From: Cystobasidiomycetes sp. EMM_F5
Lineage: Eukaryota
Direction of reading: 5' to 3'
Assembly (NCBI GenBank): GCA_051047955.1
Contig: JBPGPT010000010.1
Coordinates: 496,001 to 556,640 of the forward strand
DNA: 60,640 nucleotides
Shown here: one piece after another, positions 15,101-27,763 of the stretch
How positions within the stretch are numbered: position 1 is the first letter of the stretch
Layout of the letters: every line of letters starts with the position of its first letter
The notes under the pieces: model-generated
Seen by the model: the letters and a program-made list of their open reading frames with translations, nothing else
The model's database searches: none
Told to the model about the DNA's origin: nothing
Program-made: the position numbers and the translations under genes

Positions 15101-16342
15101 CTATTCCGCCAGACAGCGAAGAGCTAGGCCAGCGTGCAAAGACTCAGACAAAACGAGATGTCTCGACACCGCTCAAATCCACAGAAAATGGCATTGTCGA
15201 CCAGGTGCTAGTTACGACAAATTCGGACGGTCTAAAGTTCGTCCGCATACGCATTCGTTCCACGAGAGTGCCCCAGATCGGTGACAAGTTCGCCTCACGC
15301 CATGGACAGAAAGGAACGATAGGTATTACCTACCGTCAAGAAGACATGCCTTTCTCACGGGAGGGCATTGTGCCAGATCTGATTATCAACCCACACGCTA
15401 TTCCATCGCGCATGACCATCGGTCATCTGGTCGAATGCTTGCTCAGTAAAGTGTCCACTATTCACGGCAATGAAGGCGATGCCACGCCGTTCAATGAGGT
15501 TACGGTTGAACACATCTCGGCTCTGCTGCGCGAACAGGGCTACCAATCTCGTGGATTGGAGGTCATGTATAATGGTCATACTGGACAGAAACTACGAGCT
15601 CAAGTGTATCTCGGACCTACATATTACCAGCGACTCAAGCATATGGTCGATGACAAAATTCACTCGCGGGCCCGTGGACCACTGCAAATTCTGACAAGAC
15701 AGCCAGTCGAGGGACGATCACGAGACGGAGGCTTGCGTTTCGGCGAAATGGAACGTGATTGCATGATTGCACATGGTGTGGCTGCTTTCCTTAAAGAAAG
15801 AATGTTTGAAGCCTCCGACGGTTATCGCATGCATGTGTGCAACATGTGAGTCTCCCTATGATGCCGCAGGCCGAATCGCGGCTAACAACTGCTTTGCTCT
15901 TAGATGTGGTATGATAGCTATCGCTAATCTGAAGAAACAATCTTTCGAGTGTCGATCTTGCAAAAACAAAACAGCCAGTATGTATTGCTTCTGTCGACGG
16001 AAGGAGAAAGCACGCAGTACTGAGTTTCATACACTGATCATTCAGTCTCTCAGGTACTACTGCCATAGTGAGTCAGCGTGCTCAGTCTCGTAAGAATTGT
16101 CTGACACTAGTGTGACGAACAGCGCTGCCAAATTATTATTCCAAGTGAGTCGCAATGTTGAGGTCGAGGTCTTCGCAGAGATGCTGATGCCAAGGTCGTG
16201 TTACAGGAACTCCAAGCTATGGTAAACAGCACTACTACCGCTGACTCGAAACAAGCTAACATTCGCCTCTGTGCAGAACATTGCTACACGAATCGCCTTC
16301 GATTCTTCAGAAAATCAAGCAAGACAAGGGATTGAAGCCTAG
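12157..16342 (+). CDS. RPB2: RNA polymerase II second-largest subunit, multi-exon
   Basis: [58 protein letters not shown] and [18 protein letters not shown]. Short 3' exons give PYAAKLLFQELQAMNIATR. TAG at 16340-16342. Confidence 0.98.
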
Positions 16343-16617
16343 GTAGTGCTATTTGAACGCAGTCTGGTCTTGGCTCCTCTGGATGCCGGTGATACCACAG
16401 AATGAGCTCGCAAGCCAAATGCAAATTTTGCCTTCATTAGCTACAATTACCGGGCGCACGTAAATGACTGTCAGCATTAGTGTCAGAGCTCTCGTGTTGT
16501 TTAGTGAAGCAGAATTGTCCCGTCGCGGGTCTCTGTGAAAATCTTGCTCCTTCAGCAACATCGTGACCGCCACTGGTTTTCTTCAGTGCCGAATCCTGGC
16601 GACTACGTTCCGTCAAA

Positions 16618-19600
16618 ATGGGAAGGCGGGAGAAGAAGACTGGCAAAGGGCGTCTCGATAAGGTGCGACTATAGCAGCTTCAGGGCCCCTATATTCTGTC
16701 ACTGTCTGATGTACGTTCAATTTGACCGCTTTCACCTTGATTTCTCGCATATAGTACTACAAGCTAGCCAAAGAGCAAGGCTACCGTGCCCGTTCCGCCT
16801 TCAAGCTCATACAACTCGACAAGAAATACGAGATCCTCAAAAAGTCAGTGCGCTTCCATGCGTGGCCTGTAACCAATATTGCTTCGTGGCAAATTTGGTA
16901 ACGGGGACGGCTCTGAACATTGCATAATTCTGATTGCTGCTCTTGTTCCCACACACAGTGCGAGATGTCTCATCGACTTGTGCGCGGCCCCTGGAGGATG
17001 GTTGCAGGTTGCGACAAAATACATGCCGCCAAATTCGATAATTCTCGGTGTCGACCTTGTCCCAATCAAGCCTATTCCCAGAGTCATCACCTTCGCAGAA
17101 GATATTACTACGGATGCATGTCGGAAACGTATTCGCGATAACATCAAGGACTGGAAAGCGGATGTCGTCCTACACGATGGCGCACCCAACGTAGGAACAG
17201 CCTGGGCGCAAGATGCATTCACGCAGTCAGAACTAGTGCTCTCGTCGCTAAAGCTCGCCGTTGATTTCCTGGCACCAGGAGGCTGCTTCGTCACCAAGGT
17301 GTTCCGATCCAAAGATTACAATTCTCTGCTCTGGGTGTTCAATCAGCTTTTCAAGAAAGTCGAGGCGACAAAGCCTCCTTCATCACGTAACGTTTCTGCC
17401 GAAATCTTTGTCGTCTGCACTGGCTATTTGGCACCTAAACGGATAGACCCGCGCTTGTTGAATCCGACACATGTCTTTAAGGATCTCGACATGCTTGATG
17501 CGCCGCGGACGGAAAATGCGGATGCCAATGCTAAAGCCGGGTCTCTGCCATTGGACAAGCTTACCCCCGCTGCGTTCAGCGTATTTCATCCAGACAAAAA
17601 GCGACGCGCAAGGGAGGGATACGACGATGGGGACTTGATTCTATTCAAAAGGACACCCATAAGCACTTTCGTCAGAGCAGCAGACCCAATAGCTGTTCTT
17701 GGCGCGAGCAACCAGCTTGATTTCGATGCTACTGATGAAGACCGCCAACTTCGCGCTTTCGAAGAGACGACCGATAGTATCACGGCTAGTGCTACCGACC
17801 TAAAGGTCCTCGGAAAGAAAGATTTCAAAATGTTACTGCGATGGCGTATGCTGGCTCGAAAGCATTTGAACCTCGACGCTGAGACTTTGGAGGCAAAGAC
17901 GGCTAATGACGGCGATGAGCCCGACGTCTCCATCACGCCGTTGACGACGGATGAGCAGATGGCGCTAGACATTGAGCGGCTGGAGACGGAAGAAACTGCT
18001 CGAGAACGTCGCGATCGACGGAGGAGTAACGAAAAGAAGGCGAGAGAGCTTCAACGCATGCAATTGCAAATGACTACTCCAATGGATATCGGTCTAGAGG
18101 CTGGACAAGCTGGTGTCGGTGATCAAGGAGACGACTTCATGTTCGACATGAATGAAATGGAGGCGAAGGCTGGCGGGAAACGCATCCGAGCAGAACTCGA
18201 TGGTAACGAAGCAGACGACTTGAGCTCCGCCTCGGAAGACGAAGTGCCAGCATCTCGTCAAGCCTCAAAACGAGTACCGCTTGAACGTATTCGCGCCGAT
18301 CATGCGGACGCCGATAGTGACGAGGATGAGAACCGACTGCGCGATCTTGAAGCCACTCTGGACGATTTATACGATGAATATCAGAATCATAAGCTTGCCA
18401 AGGATGCAAAGCACCGTGTGCGCGAAGCGCGCATGAAGCGTACGGTCGCAGAAGGCGGAGAGTGGACAGGCATCCGCGACCGAACACAGATGGTCGGAGA
18501 TCATGTGGACGCAGAACAGGATATCGACGCCAATGAGGCCGAAGAGGATTCTGAGGAGGAAGCAGCCGCTAATACCTTGGCTTACCACAATTTCATTCCC
18601 GATGCGATTCCCTTGGATGAGATGATGAGCGACGACGACGAGGAAGACATAAATGATATTGTGCCTGAGTCGAACAACCGCTCGACCAGTAATGACCTGG
18701 AGTCAGCGAGAACCGTCCCACACTCAGAGATGAAGAAACAGATGATCAGCAACCGGGCTACTGCTATGTGGTTTGATCAACCTATCTTTAAGGACGTCCC
18801 CGGCCTCGATAAAGTGCTGTCCGCTCCCATCTCGCAGCCCTTCGCTGCCAACGAGAAGGAAACGAGCACAACCTTCACGACTGCAAGAGAGGTAACGTGT
18901 TTTCTTGCACCTCCTGAGTTTATGCTAATGAAGAAGTAAAGGGGCAGACTCCGGATTCGGGAAAGCGCAAGAGAAAGCACCAGCAGTCAGATCCCAACAC
19001 GTGGGACGACGAGGAAGAAATCGAAATCACCAAGGAGGAGGAAAATGCTGCTACAATAGCTAGTACGCGAGTGACTTTGGTATCCTCATCCTGCAGGCTG
19101 ACAGAAAGGCTCTACTAGAACATGGCCTGACAACAGCCGAAGCTATGACTATTGCCGGTCAACTAGTGAATCGCGAGAAAACCACTACGCAACTGATCGA
19201 CGATGGCTTCAACAAGCGCATGCTTGCGAACGACAAGGAAGGTCTACCAACATGGTTTTTGGATGACGAGATGCGCCACTTCCGTCACAACATACCCGTC
19301 ACGAAAGAGGCGGTCGATGCGATCCGGGCGAAGATGCGAGCTCTGAACGCGAGACCTATCAAGAAGATTGCGGAGGCGAAAGCGAGGAAGAAGATGCGCA
19401 CGCTACGTCGTATGGCGAAAATGCAGAAGAAGGCGGATGTCCTGAACGAAGCTGGGGACCTTACTGAGCGGGACAAGGCTGCACAGATTCAAGCTCTCAT
19501 GGCTAAGGCTGGAAAGGAGCCAAAGAAGAAGAAGTCGGAAGTCAAGCTTGTCATTGCCAAGGGAGCGTCAAAAGGCTTGAAAGGCCGGCCCAATGGCGTA

Positions 19601-19696
19601 AAAGGTCGTTACAAAATGGTAGATTCGCGAGGAAAGAAAGAGCTGAGGGCGCTTAAACGCATCGAGAAGAGGGATGGGCCGAAGCGCAAGCGGTAG
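16618..19696 (+). CDS. SPB1: rRNA 2'-O-methyltransferase Spb1/FTSJ3, multi-exon
   Basis: [61 protein letters not shown], and C-terminal [15 protein letters not shown]...GRYKMVDSR. Confidence 0.95.
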
Positions 19697-19854
19697 TGTT
19701 TGTCTTACAGTACGCAACAAGCGCAGTTTGTTGTTGTTATACTGCTACGATTTCTGGCTTCTTTCGCGCATCAATTTTCTATAATCATTCGTTATGACGA
19801 GGCACTGGTCCATCGTCACCGTCACCGGGCTGATCCTCGCCACACTCATGAAGG

Positions 19855-20924
19855 ATGTCAGTCAATCTGCCTTGGCTGGAGGACAATGAGCGGGAATACA
19901 CTAGGCTCACAGCAGCATGGCCACGGGGAACGAACATCAGAGTCTCTATCAGAGGCGCAGAAAAGTCGTTGGCCATCCCGCAGGCCTTTCTGACGCGCAG
20001 CGGTGACAATACGTGGGGCCTCGTCCACACCATGCTGAGTAACCTCGTCAATGAGCAAGGTGTGCTCTATCTCGAGTCGGATGACCAAGAGTTACGACCG
20101 CTGTCTCATTCAACCCCACCCGTACCTTGTAACTGCGTGTTCGCCCCAACGAGCAAGTGCTGACTTGCCTCCAGTTCTGACTACCATGCTGACAGAATCT
20201 GCGTACAGCTGCTCAGCGCTTCACCTGGCAACGTGGCCCAGAAGGCGCCAGACGAGGCAGGGCGATTGTAGAGGGTGCAAGCGACGATAGGTCGAGCAAC
20301 AGTGCTTCGTCGCACGTCCAGGCTCGTCCACTCAGTAGCTCTCTATCTGTGTATGGCTAAGATCCCTACATCTGTGCAGTCTATGTTCCGCGAGAATATT
20401 GTTTCGCGTGATTCTGCATGTCTTCTCAGTGAGACCGCGAATATCCGATGTCAGGCGTCTCACCTCGTACCTAAAAGCCGTAGGGATGTAAGCGATACTC
20501 TCAGAAGTGCGGACCTTGTGACACGTCTGATCTACTACTACCAGGTCTATCAGACCCTGTTGGGCGAGGATGACGAGGTCTATCCGTACGAGACTAGCAT
20601 GGGCATACTGCTTCGCAACGACCTTCACAAGAGTTACAATCGCTACGACTGGTCTTTGTATTGCAAGGTCTGTATGCGTGGCGGCCCTAATTGCGACGGA
20701 GTTGACGAACCTTCGTTCAGGATGGTATCTACTTTGTTCATGTGTTTGAGGACCGAGATCTTATCGACAGATACCACGGCAAAGCACTGCGTGCCAACGC
20801 TTTTAGCAGCAAAAGACCAAAAGAAGACTTGCCGAACCCTGTTCTATGCGCATGGCATTATCAACAGTGCTGTTTGATGCATTTGAGAGGTTTCTCGTCA
20901 GGAATGGCAATCAATGCGCATTAG
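19855..20924 (+). CDS. Fungal HNH-type endonuclease domain protein (copy 1), multi-exon
   Basis: FRENIVSRDSACLLS, CQASHLVPKS, GILLRNDLHKSYNRYDWSLY and PNPVLCAWHYQQC fit the RD..C...AH..P / G.LLR..H..FD pattern of fungal HNH_2 proteins. Confidence 0.75.
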
Positions 20925-21200
20925 GAACAGAAGGGTGGCAGTGATCTGCGTGTGTTTGTGTTGTCAGGTCGACAGGAATAAGCAAAACTATCTTGCATCC
21001 GATTTCGGGCTCGTCATATTGCATGTCCGAGTCGCTGCCGATTGACCATGACTATGGCTCAACCGCCAACCCTTTCGACACCAGCCTGAAATTTGCTGAA
21101 CGCGAGCGCACTGTGAAAGAGCGGGCAAGGTGGCCCTGCAAGTCCGAACCTGTCTACGCTGGGAGAGGCAATTACATCGGCTGCTTCGTCGCAAGCAAAG

Positions 21201-23749
21201 ATGGCTGTCGTACCTCCAATCATGTCGAGCGACGAGGTCAACCTCCTCATCTACGCCTACCTCATCGAGTCCAGCCTGGCGCACTCTGCCTTTGCACTGT
21301 ACAACGAGTCGAGGTTGACCGACTTTGTCACTGGCGATGAAGGAGGACCTTCCATTCCCCCGTCCGGCCAGCTGATACGCATACTGCAAAAGGGCCTGCT
21401 ATACTTGCAAGCAGAAGCCAAATACAGAGGCGTGAGTGTCGCCGCAGCCTGCCAGGGACACTGTTGCATTTCGCTGACGGGAACTGAGATTTGTCATTTG
21501 AATTAATCCTAAACCACTGGCATACAATGCCTTTGCAGGAAGACGTCCGCACAAATCCCCCTAGACTCGTTGGGTATGCCATTGCAGATGCGCTGCCGCT
21601 GCCTGCACTGCCCAAAACGTTGCCTCCGCCATCACCCACAACATCGTCGTCCACCCAGCACCCAGGTGGTAATCCGTACAATCAGGAATCTCCAAGTACG
21701 ACTGAAGCAAGGTCCACACTTCGCGGAGTCAGCAACGAGCATGAGCAGCCTCTCGAGGGACGCGTCCCCGGAATAAAACGCAAAGCGTATACACATTCAA
21801 GTGATGGTGCAGCTGGCGAACTGTCATCAACGCAACCGCAAGCCTCGACGAGCAAACGAAAAGATGCGGAAAAGGAGCCGCGCGGCAGAGACTCGAGGTC
21901 GCCAGTAGCAGATTCTCATAATTCGACCAATAATAAACGTCAAAAGATCGCTGATCATCGAAGGTCGCCATCAGCCGCTTCCGATAGAAGACCTTCCCCA
22001 GGAGCCGTAACCGGCAGCCAGGCCGACATGAAAGATAAGCAGCAAAATACCCGCAAAAATGACAGAGCACGACCTCCGCCAGTCTCGGCTCAAGAGGACA
22101 GTGAAATGGGCGACACATCTGTACAATCTGAAACAGAAGGAAACGTGGCACGGCGTGGACGTGATTCCGCTCACGCTCGCAACAGCAAGCTTGTGTCAAC
22201 TTCCACGAGCTCTATGACCACAAATCAGGACGTCCGGTCGAAATCACAATCAACGAGAAGATCTACATCGCCAGTCGCCTCGCGGCTGTCCCTGCTAGCC
22301 GGTAACCAAGAGAAGGCAAGACCAAGATCTACATCACCGACAGTTTCGCGCTCTTCGTACGCTAGCAGCACCAATGCACGACAAGGGACGAAGGACGGGG
22401 CTATGTCGCTCCCAACACCCACTCTTGATGCATCCAATGTAGACCATCACGACTCGCCCTTCTCTCCGAGTACTTCTTCGAAAACGAAACCCAACAGCAA
22501 TCCAGGCGAATCTTCGGCAAATAGTCCGTCGAACACGCCCTTGCACGCCATGGGCAAGAGTAAATGCCTTATATTACGTGGCCACACGAACATGACTCAA
22601 CCGTGTGACTGGAATCCAAAAGTGGAAAATCTGCTTGCAACTGGGTACTTTGCCACGATTTAATCACACCTAGGCAGAACTGACTCAATTATCAACAGCG
22701 CAACAGATGGCACTGCTCGAATATGGGATCTCAGCACTATAACAAACGACTCGCAACACTCCGACCATGTCGTCTGCAAGCATAGCTCAGGCAGTCGTAA
22801 AAACGACGTAACTTGCGTACAATGGAATTCGGAAGGCACCTTGCTCGCGACTGGTTCTGAAGACGGCATCGCACGTATTTGGACGCCATCAGGAGATCTG
22901 CATCTCGTGTTGTCAATGCATCAAAGGACTATATTTTCAATCAAATGGAACAGCACTGGCTCGATGCTATTGACAGGTAGTCTAGACCATTCGATATGCT
23001 TGTGGGATACATCGTACGGAAAAGTGAAACAACAGTGGTCGACTCACTCGGACTCGGTCCTTGACCTTGACTGGCTCAACGACGACATATTTGCTTCCTG
23101 CGCTATGGATAACAACATAAACATTCATCAGATTGGCCGCACGTCTCCTGCTTATCGTTTCAAAGGCCATGCCGACGAGGTCAATTGCATACGGTTTGAC
23201 CCTGGCAAAAATCTGCTGGCGAGCTGTTCCGACGATAAGACTGTACGAATATGGTTGATTGCCCCTGTTCTGGCCGTTCTCGGTCTGTCTCTGGCGGATG
23301 TCGGCGCCAGCGTCACCAATGAGTCCAAGTCGGAGGAGTGGGCAACCCGCAGTTGCGTCACGTTGAAGGGTCACCGGGCGGAGGTACACGCGATTGCATG
23401 GTGTCCAGCTCAGCTTAGTTCTGGCCAACCGAGCTTACTCGCAAGTGCGTCCTTTGATTCTACGGCACGCGTCTGGGATATCCAGTCAGCCACATGCATC
23501 CACGTCATAAATCGACATACGGATATGGTGTACTCGCTCGCTTGGCAGCCAGATTCCGGCCAGCACCTGGCAACCGCCAGCAATGATAAGCGGTTGTGCA
23601 TTACGCGTATTCGGGATAAGCAGTTGCTTTATGAATACGAACATCGCGGTAACATCTACGAAATCTGCTGGCATCCAAGCAAGAATCAAATTGCGATGTG
23701 CGGTCAGACGGAAGTGGTCAGTATCGCTGTGTTGGAAAGTCTACCCTAG
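21201..23749 (+). CDS. LisH plus WD40 protein, TBL1/Sif2-like corepressor subunit, multi-exon
   Basis: LisH SSDEVNLLIYAYLIESSLAHSAFAL followed by GQLIRILQKGLLY. Multiple WD repeats (LATGSEDGIARIW, LASCSDDKTVRIW, LASASFDSTARVWD). Confidence 0.85.
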
Positions 23750-23960
23750 GGCCTACTTTGCCAGACTCGGTTTCACGCCGTAACTGCATTAGGCGAATCT
23801 GATAGTTGTTGCACTTGGGCACAATCTTCACAAGATTAACAAAACAACAATCACGCCACTTAGCTTCACGATTGCAGCTGTGTGTTCTTGCTGTCACATT
23901 TGCCTAATTTTACGCGTTGTATATACGCACCAATCTTTGGCTGTTTACCAAAATGCATCA

Positions 23961-25870
23961 ATGGTCGACGATAGGCAGGAGCATGACGAGGATGACAGGC
24001 CGTAGGCACCTTTATGAGCGTTGACGTTGTGCAATAGCGGAGGCTTACGCGATGTCATCCAAGGACATTCTCTGACGCGAGCAGCGAGGCCAGGTACTTT
24101 CGGGCGCTCGCAAAAGACCGTCAGGATGAGCTCGCAGAGCTCAGAAGCATTTTCGAGGAACTGCAGCTGAGCAGTAAGGAGCTGGAGATTGAGATGGACA
24201 AGGATATTGCTCTGCACGAGAAACGCGAAGCCGAACTGAGGACCGAGCTCGAGCGGTTACGCAGCGAAATGGACAGCCACAAGGTGGGCAGACATCACGG
24301 GTATCTAGATGGCTTGAGGATCGGCTGACCACGCTGTCGTTTTGTGTGAACATGATTTTGTGACACACAAACAAACTGCAGCATCGCCACCAAACAGCGC
24401 TCAAAGAGCATTCGACAACCCTTTCGCACATGCAGAGAGAGTTGGAAAGCCTGAGGGCGTCCGAAAAGACTCTTCGCAATAGAATGCGCGACATGGAGCT
24501 GGACAACGACGACTTGGAAAAGAACGAAAGGCAAGTTTATACGAGGTTGTCATTAACAGTATGCCTCAGCTCATCTTGTAACGCCAGAGCCACCGCATCG
24601 ACACTCGGAGACATGGAAATCCGCTACAATAAATCCATTGAGCGGACGGCTCTTCTCGAGGAGGAGCTTGTCCGCAAGGCTCAGCTTGAGGAAGAGCTTC
24701 AGCGCGTCAGAGATCAGCTTAGAGGTAAAGCGCATTGGATATACACCAAGCAAAGTCAAGACTAACGTCATCCGGTTCTAAGAAACATTCGAAGAAGTAG
24801 AATACCTCCGCAGTCATCCTGTCGAACCCTCAACTGAAATCGACGCGCCCAATGCCTCGGGTCAGCAAGGGCCAAACGACAGCAATTTGGATATGGAAGT
24901 CCTCTTGGACGACTTGACTGATGATCCGCCACAAGATCGCCGCAGCGCCGCTCATGTGCCCCCGCCAGACATAGATTCTGCTGACGAAAGCTCATTTGGA
25001 CGTCCTGCATATGGACCATATCAGTCGCGCATTGCCATGATAAAGGCCAGTCCATCCAAAATTCCACTGCGTTCCGGGCTCCGACAGTCACTGGGTCACA
25101 CCTCCGAAGCGTCTGCAGCTCTACAACAGTCATCGACTGCACTGTCTAGATCATCGCATATACACGACCTGTCAAAGCTGGCAGCTTCACGCAAAAGTGG
25201 ATCACCAACCACCTTGCGCAATAGCCGCACTACAACTATGGCTTCTGATGCTCAGCATCTAATTGCCCGAGTGAAAAACATGAAGAAAAACTTGAATACT
25301 AGGCACGAAGGTGTCATGTCGGGCTCCGCTATCCCGAGAAGTAACAGTAGTAAAGGCCTGCAGGCTGCGCGCGGAAACGACAGCATGACAGCGCAAATCG
25401 CAGCATGGGGTCCGGCTGTTCAGCGCAATACCGTACAACGAAACAATGCGACATCATTGCAGAATTCTACGCCACTCAGCACCCGTCTGGGACAAGTCCC
25501 GATGTTCTCACCATCCGCAGGACTAGGTCAGCCTACGCTGCCTCAGTCTTCAAGGAGCGTCTCTCGGCTTTCCAACACCCGTTCAAACAATTCAAGACCA
25601 TCAACGCCTAGTATGCAAGTACGCAAGTCATCACCTCTCCCAGGGACGCAAGCAAGAGAAAATGGCATGAGGGAATCACCCTCGGGTACTGCAAAACTTA
25701 CGCGTAGGGCCAGTGCTGGATTGCCTTTGCCTGCGAACAACTATTCCTCTGGTCGGCCTCGCAAGGTCTCGGCCTATGGCAGCGCTGTGCTTCCCCATTC
25801 CGTAGCGGCCGGATCCATGCAGCGTACCTTGGGTGGTCCTGATAAGACGGTGGTGCCAAAATGGAGATGA
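23961..25870 (+). CDS. Nuclear distribution protein NudE/Nde1-like coiled-coil protein, multi-exon
   Basis: Exons give FEELQLSSKELEIEMDKDI, RMRDMELDNDDLEKNER, YNKSIERTALLEEEL and EELQRVRDQLR, then an S/R-rich tail. GC-AG intron at 24531-24587. Confidence 0.8.
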
Positions 25871-26166
25871 TTTATATCACAAACGCGAGCGGAGCAGCCG
25901 TCAAGTCGTGAAAGAACAGTTTTCTGGAGTGGCTTCTCGTGTAAATGCGGAAAGACGTTTGAACATTCGTCTTGCCATAAGTGACAGCTGCGTCAGTCTT
26001 CGTTCTCTCTTGCCTACTTTCGGTGACTTAGATCGTATGGCATATATCAGCTTCACTTCAATCCACTTTCGTTTCATGCTGTGAGATAAGCTGGGATGCA
26101 CGCACGCCAGATCTGCACAACTAGTCCGGAGCTACATGTACAAGCGCCGTAGCCGCCTTCTGCGAT

Positions 26167-27248
26167 ATGGCGACGCTCTATTCTTTGGCGGCAGAATACT
26201 AGGGCGGCGACACCGTCCGTATTCATGCCTCATGTACCAATGGCCCAGTCTTCGCAACATTCCCAATGGCATTTCTTAGCGAAAGTGGTACCAATACCTG
26301 GCAGTATATTCTAGACGTGGTTATGGCATTGGTTGATCCAGCTGCCGGCAGACCTGCCATAGAAACGCTCGACAGGCAACTCGTCAATCTCTCCTCAGTA
26401 CCTGTGGCAGGCGCCTACGTCTGTCGACATTCCGGTACATTGAAGCGTTCGAATCTATTCTGTCGGCTGATTCGAGGACTTTACAGATCCATCGCAGCCC
26501 ATCGCCTACGCTGCCAGTCCGTACTATAATAATGTCACGAAGACAATGAGCACGGTACCCATTACTGCATCGTCTGCAGCATCACGGGCATCTTCTAGTA
26601 CGCACACTGAGTCGGTGCGTGGGCGCTTGCATTCTATACGTATCTACTGTATCAGCTAACCCAGTAAAAATCCGGGGCTTTTCGAACAGCATTACTGCGT
26701 CGCGACTTCGACTGTATCTTGACTGGAGCCGATGACATAGACTGTGAAGCTGCTCATCTAGTTCCAAAGACTCGCCCAGATGTAGGTAGCGGCTGCATCA
26801 TTATCGTCGTACATATCTTACGAATCTTACCGCAGGTCTATCGACAGTTCCTGGGTCTTCATGCACTCGTTCCAGCTCCTATATATGCGCCATCGTCCGG
26901 GATACTACTGTCACGCGGGCTTCGTCACCGTTACGACCGCTTGGAGTGGTCAATTTGCTACAAGGTCAGCTTACGACAGGCAGTCGATACAATTGAGTTG
27001 TTACAAGCCATGTTTGGCAGGATGAGGTCTACTACGCGCACTTCCTCGTGACATCCGAATATTCGATCCACCATGGCAAAGCAATTCCCTTATCTCGATT
27101 TCGTGTGAAGTACAATCTTAATCTGCCTAATCCGAAATTATGCGAATGGCATCATTATGCTCAATGTGTCAAAGCCCGTATCCGCGGTGTTCGTGTAGAA
27201 ATGACTCGCACGCAGATCATCGGCACCTTTGCATACTCATCTTCGTAA
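26167..27248 (+). pseudogene. HNH endonuclease paralogue (copy 2), probably disrupted
   Basis: Aligns with copy 1 (AFLSESGTNTW vs AFLTRSGDNTW; RDFDCILTG..CEAAHLVPK; GILLSRGL; PNPKLCEWHHY) with similar intron positions. In-frame TAG at 26200-26202 and TAA at 26665-26667 under the simplest splice model. Confidence 0.6.
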
Positions 27249-27763
27249 GGATGCTGGGCTAATCCCGACTCAGCTCGGGCATCTTTCGGAACCAACAGCA
27301 AACATTGTGCTAGGGGGTTTTTTGACTTTGCGTTGGCGACCGTCATCCCTTTAAAGTTATACATACGGTACTCCAGCAGTAGCTCTCAGTGCACAGGCGA
27401 CAACAGTCTGCGCAGGCGTAAATAGTCTGCAAGGGTGACAGTAGCCTGCACGAACGCCAACGGTATAGTTTCACTATAGCAGATGATCGTCGAACGATTC
27501 ACTGCGAGTTTGCCATTGTCGAGGCTCTGTCTCCCAAATGCATTCCCAGGAACAGACCGGTATTGTCCCATTCCCTTCCGCCTGGCCAAGCGGCTCAACC
27601 GAGCAAGCAGTGATTTGCAAGTATAATTGTAATCACGCGTCTGGAGATTGTTCTTGCCACATGTTTGCAATTTCTTGTGCATGTATACTTCAGCCTCGAG
27701 CTAGCTCATGCTCACGATGTAGACCTGGTAACAATATCAAGGCCGACACAGCGTCAGGTGCAA

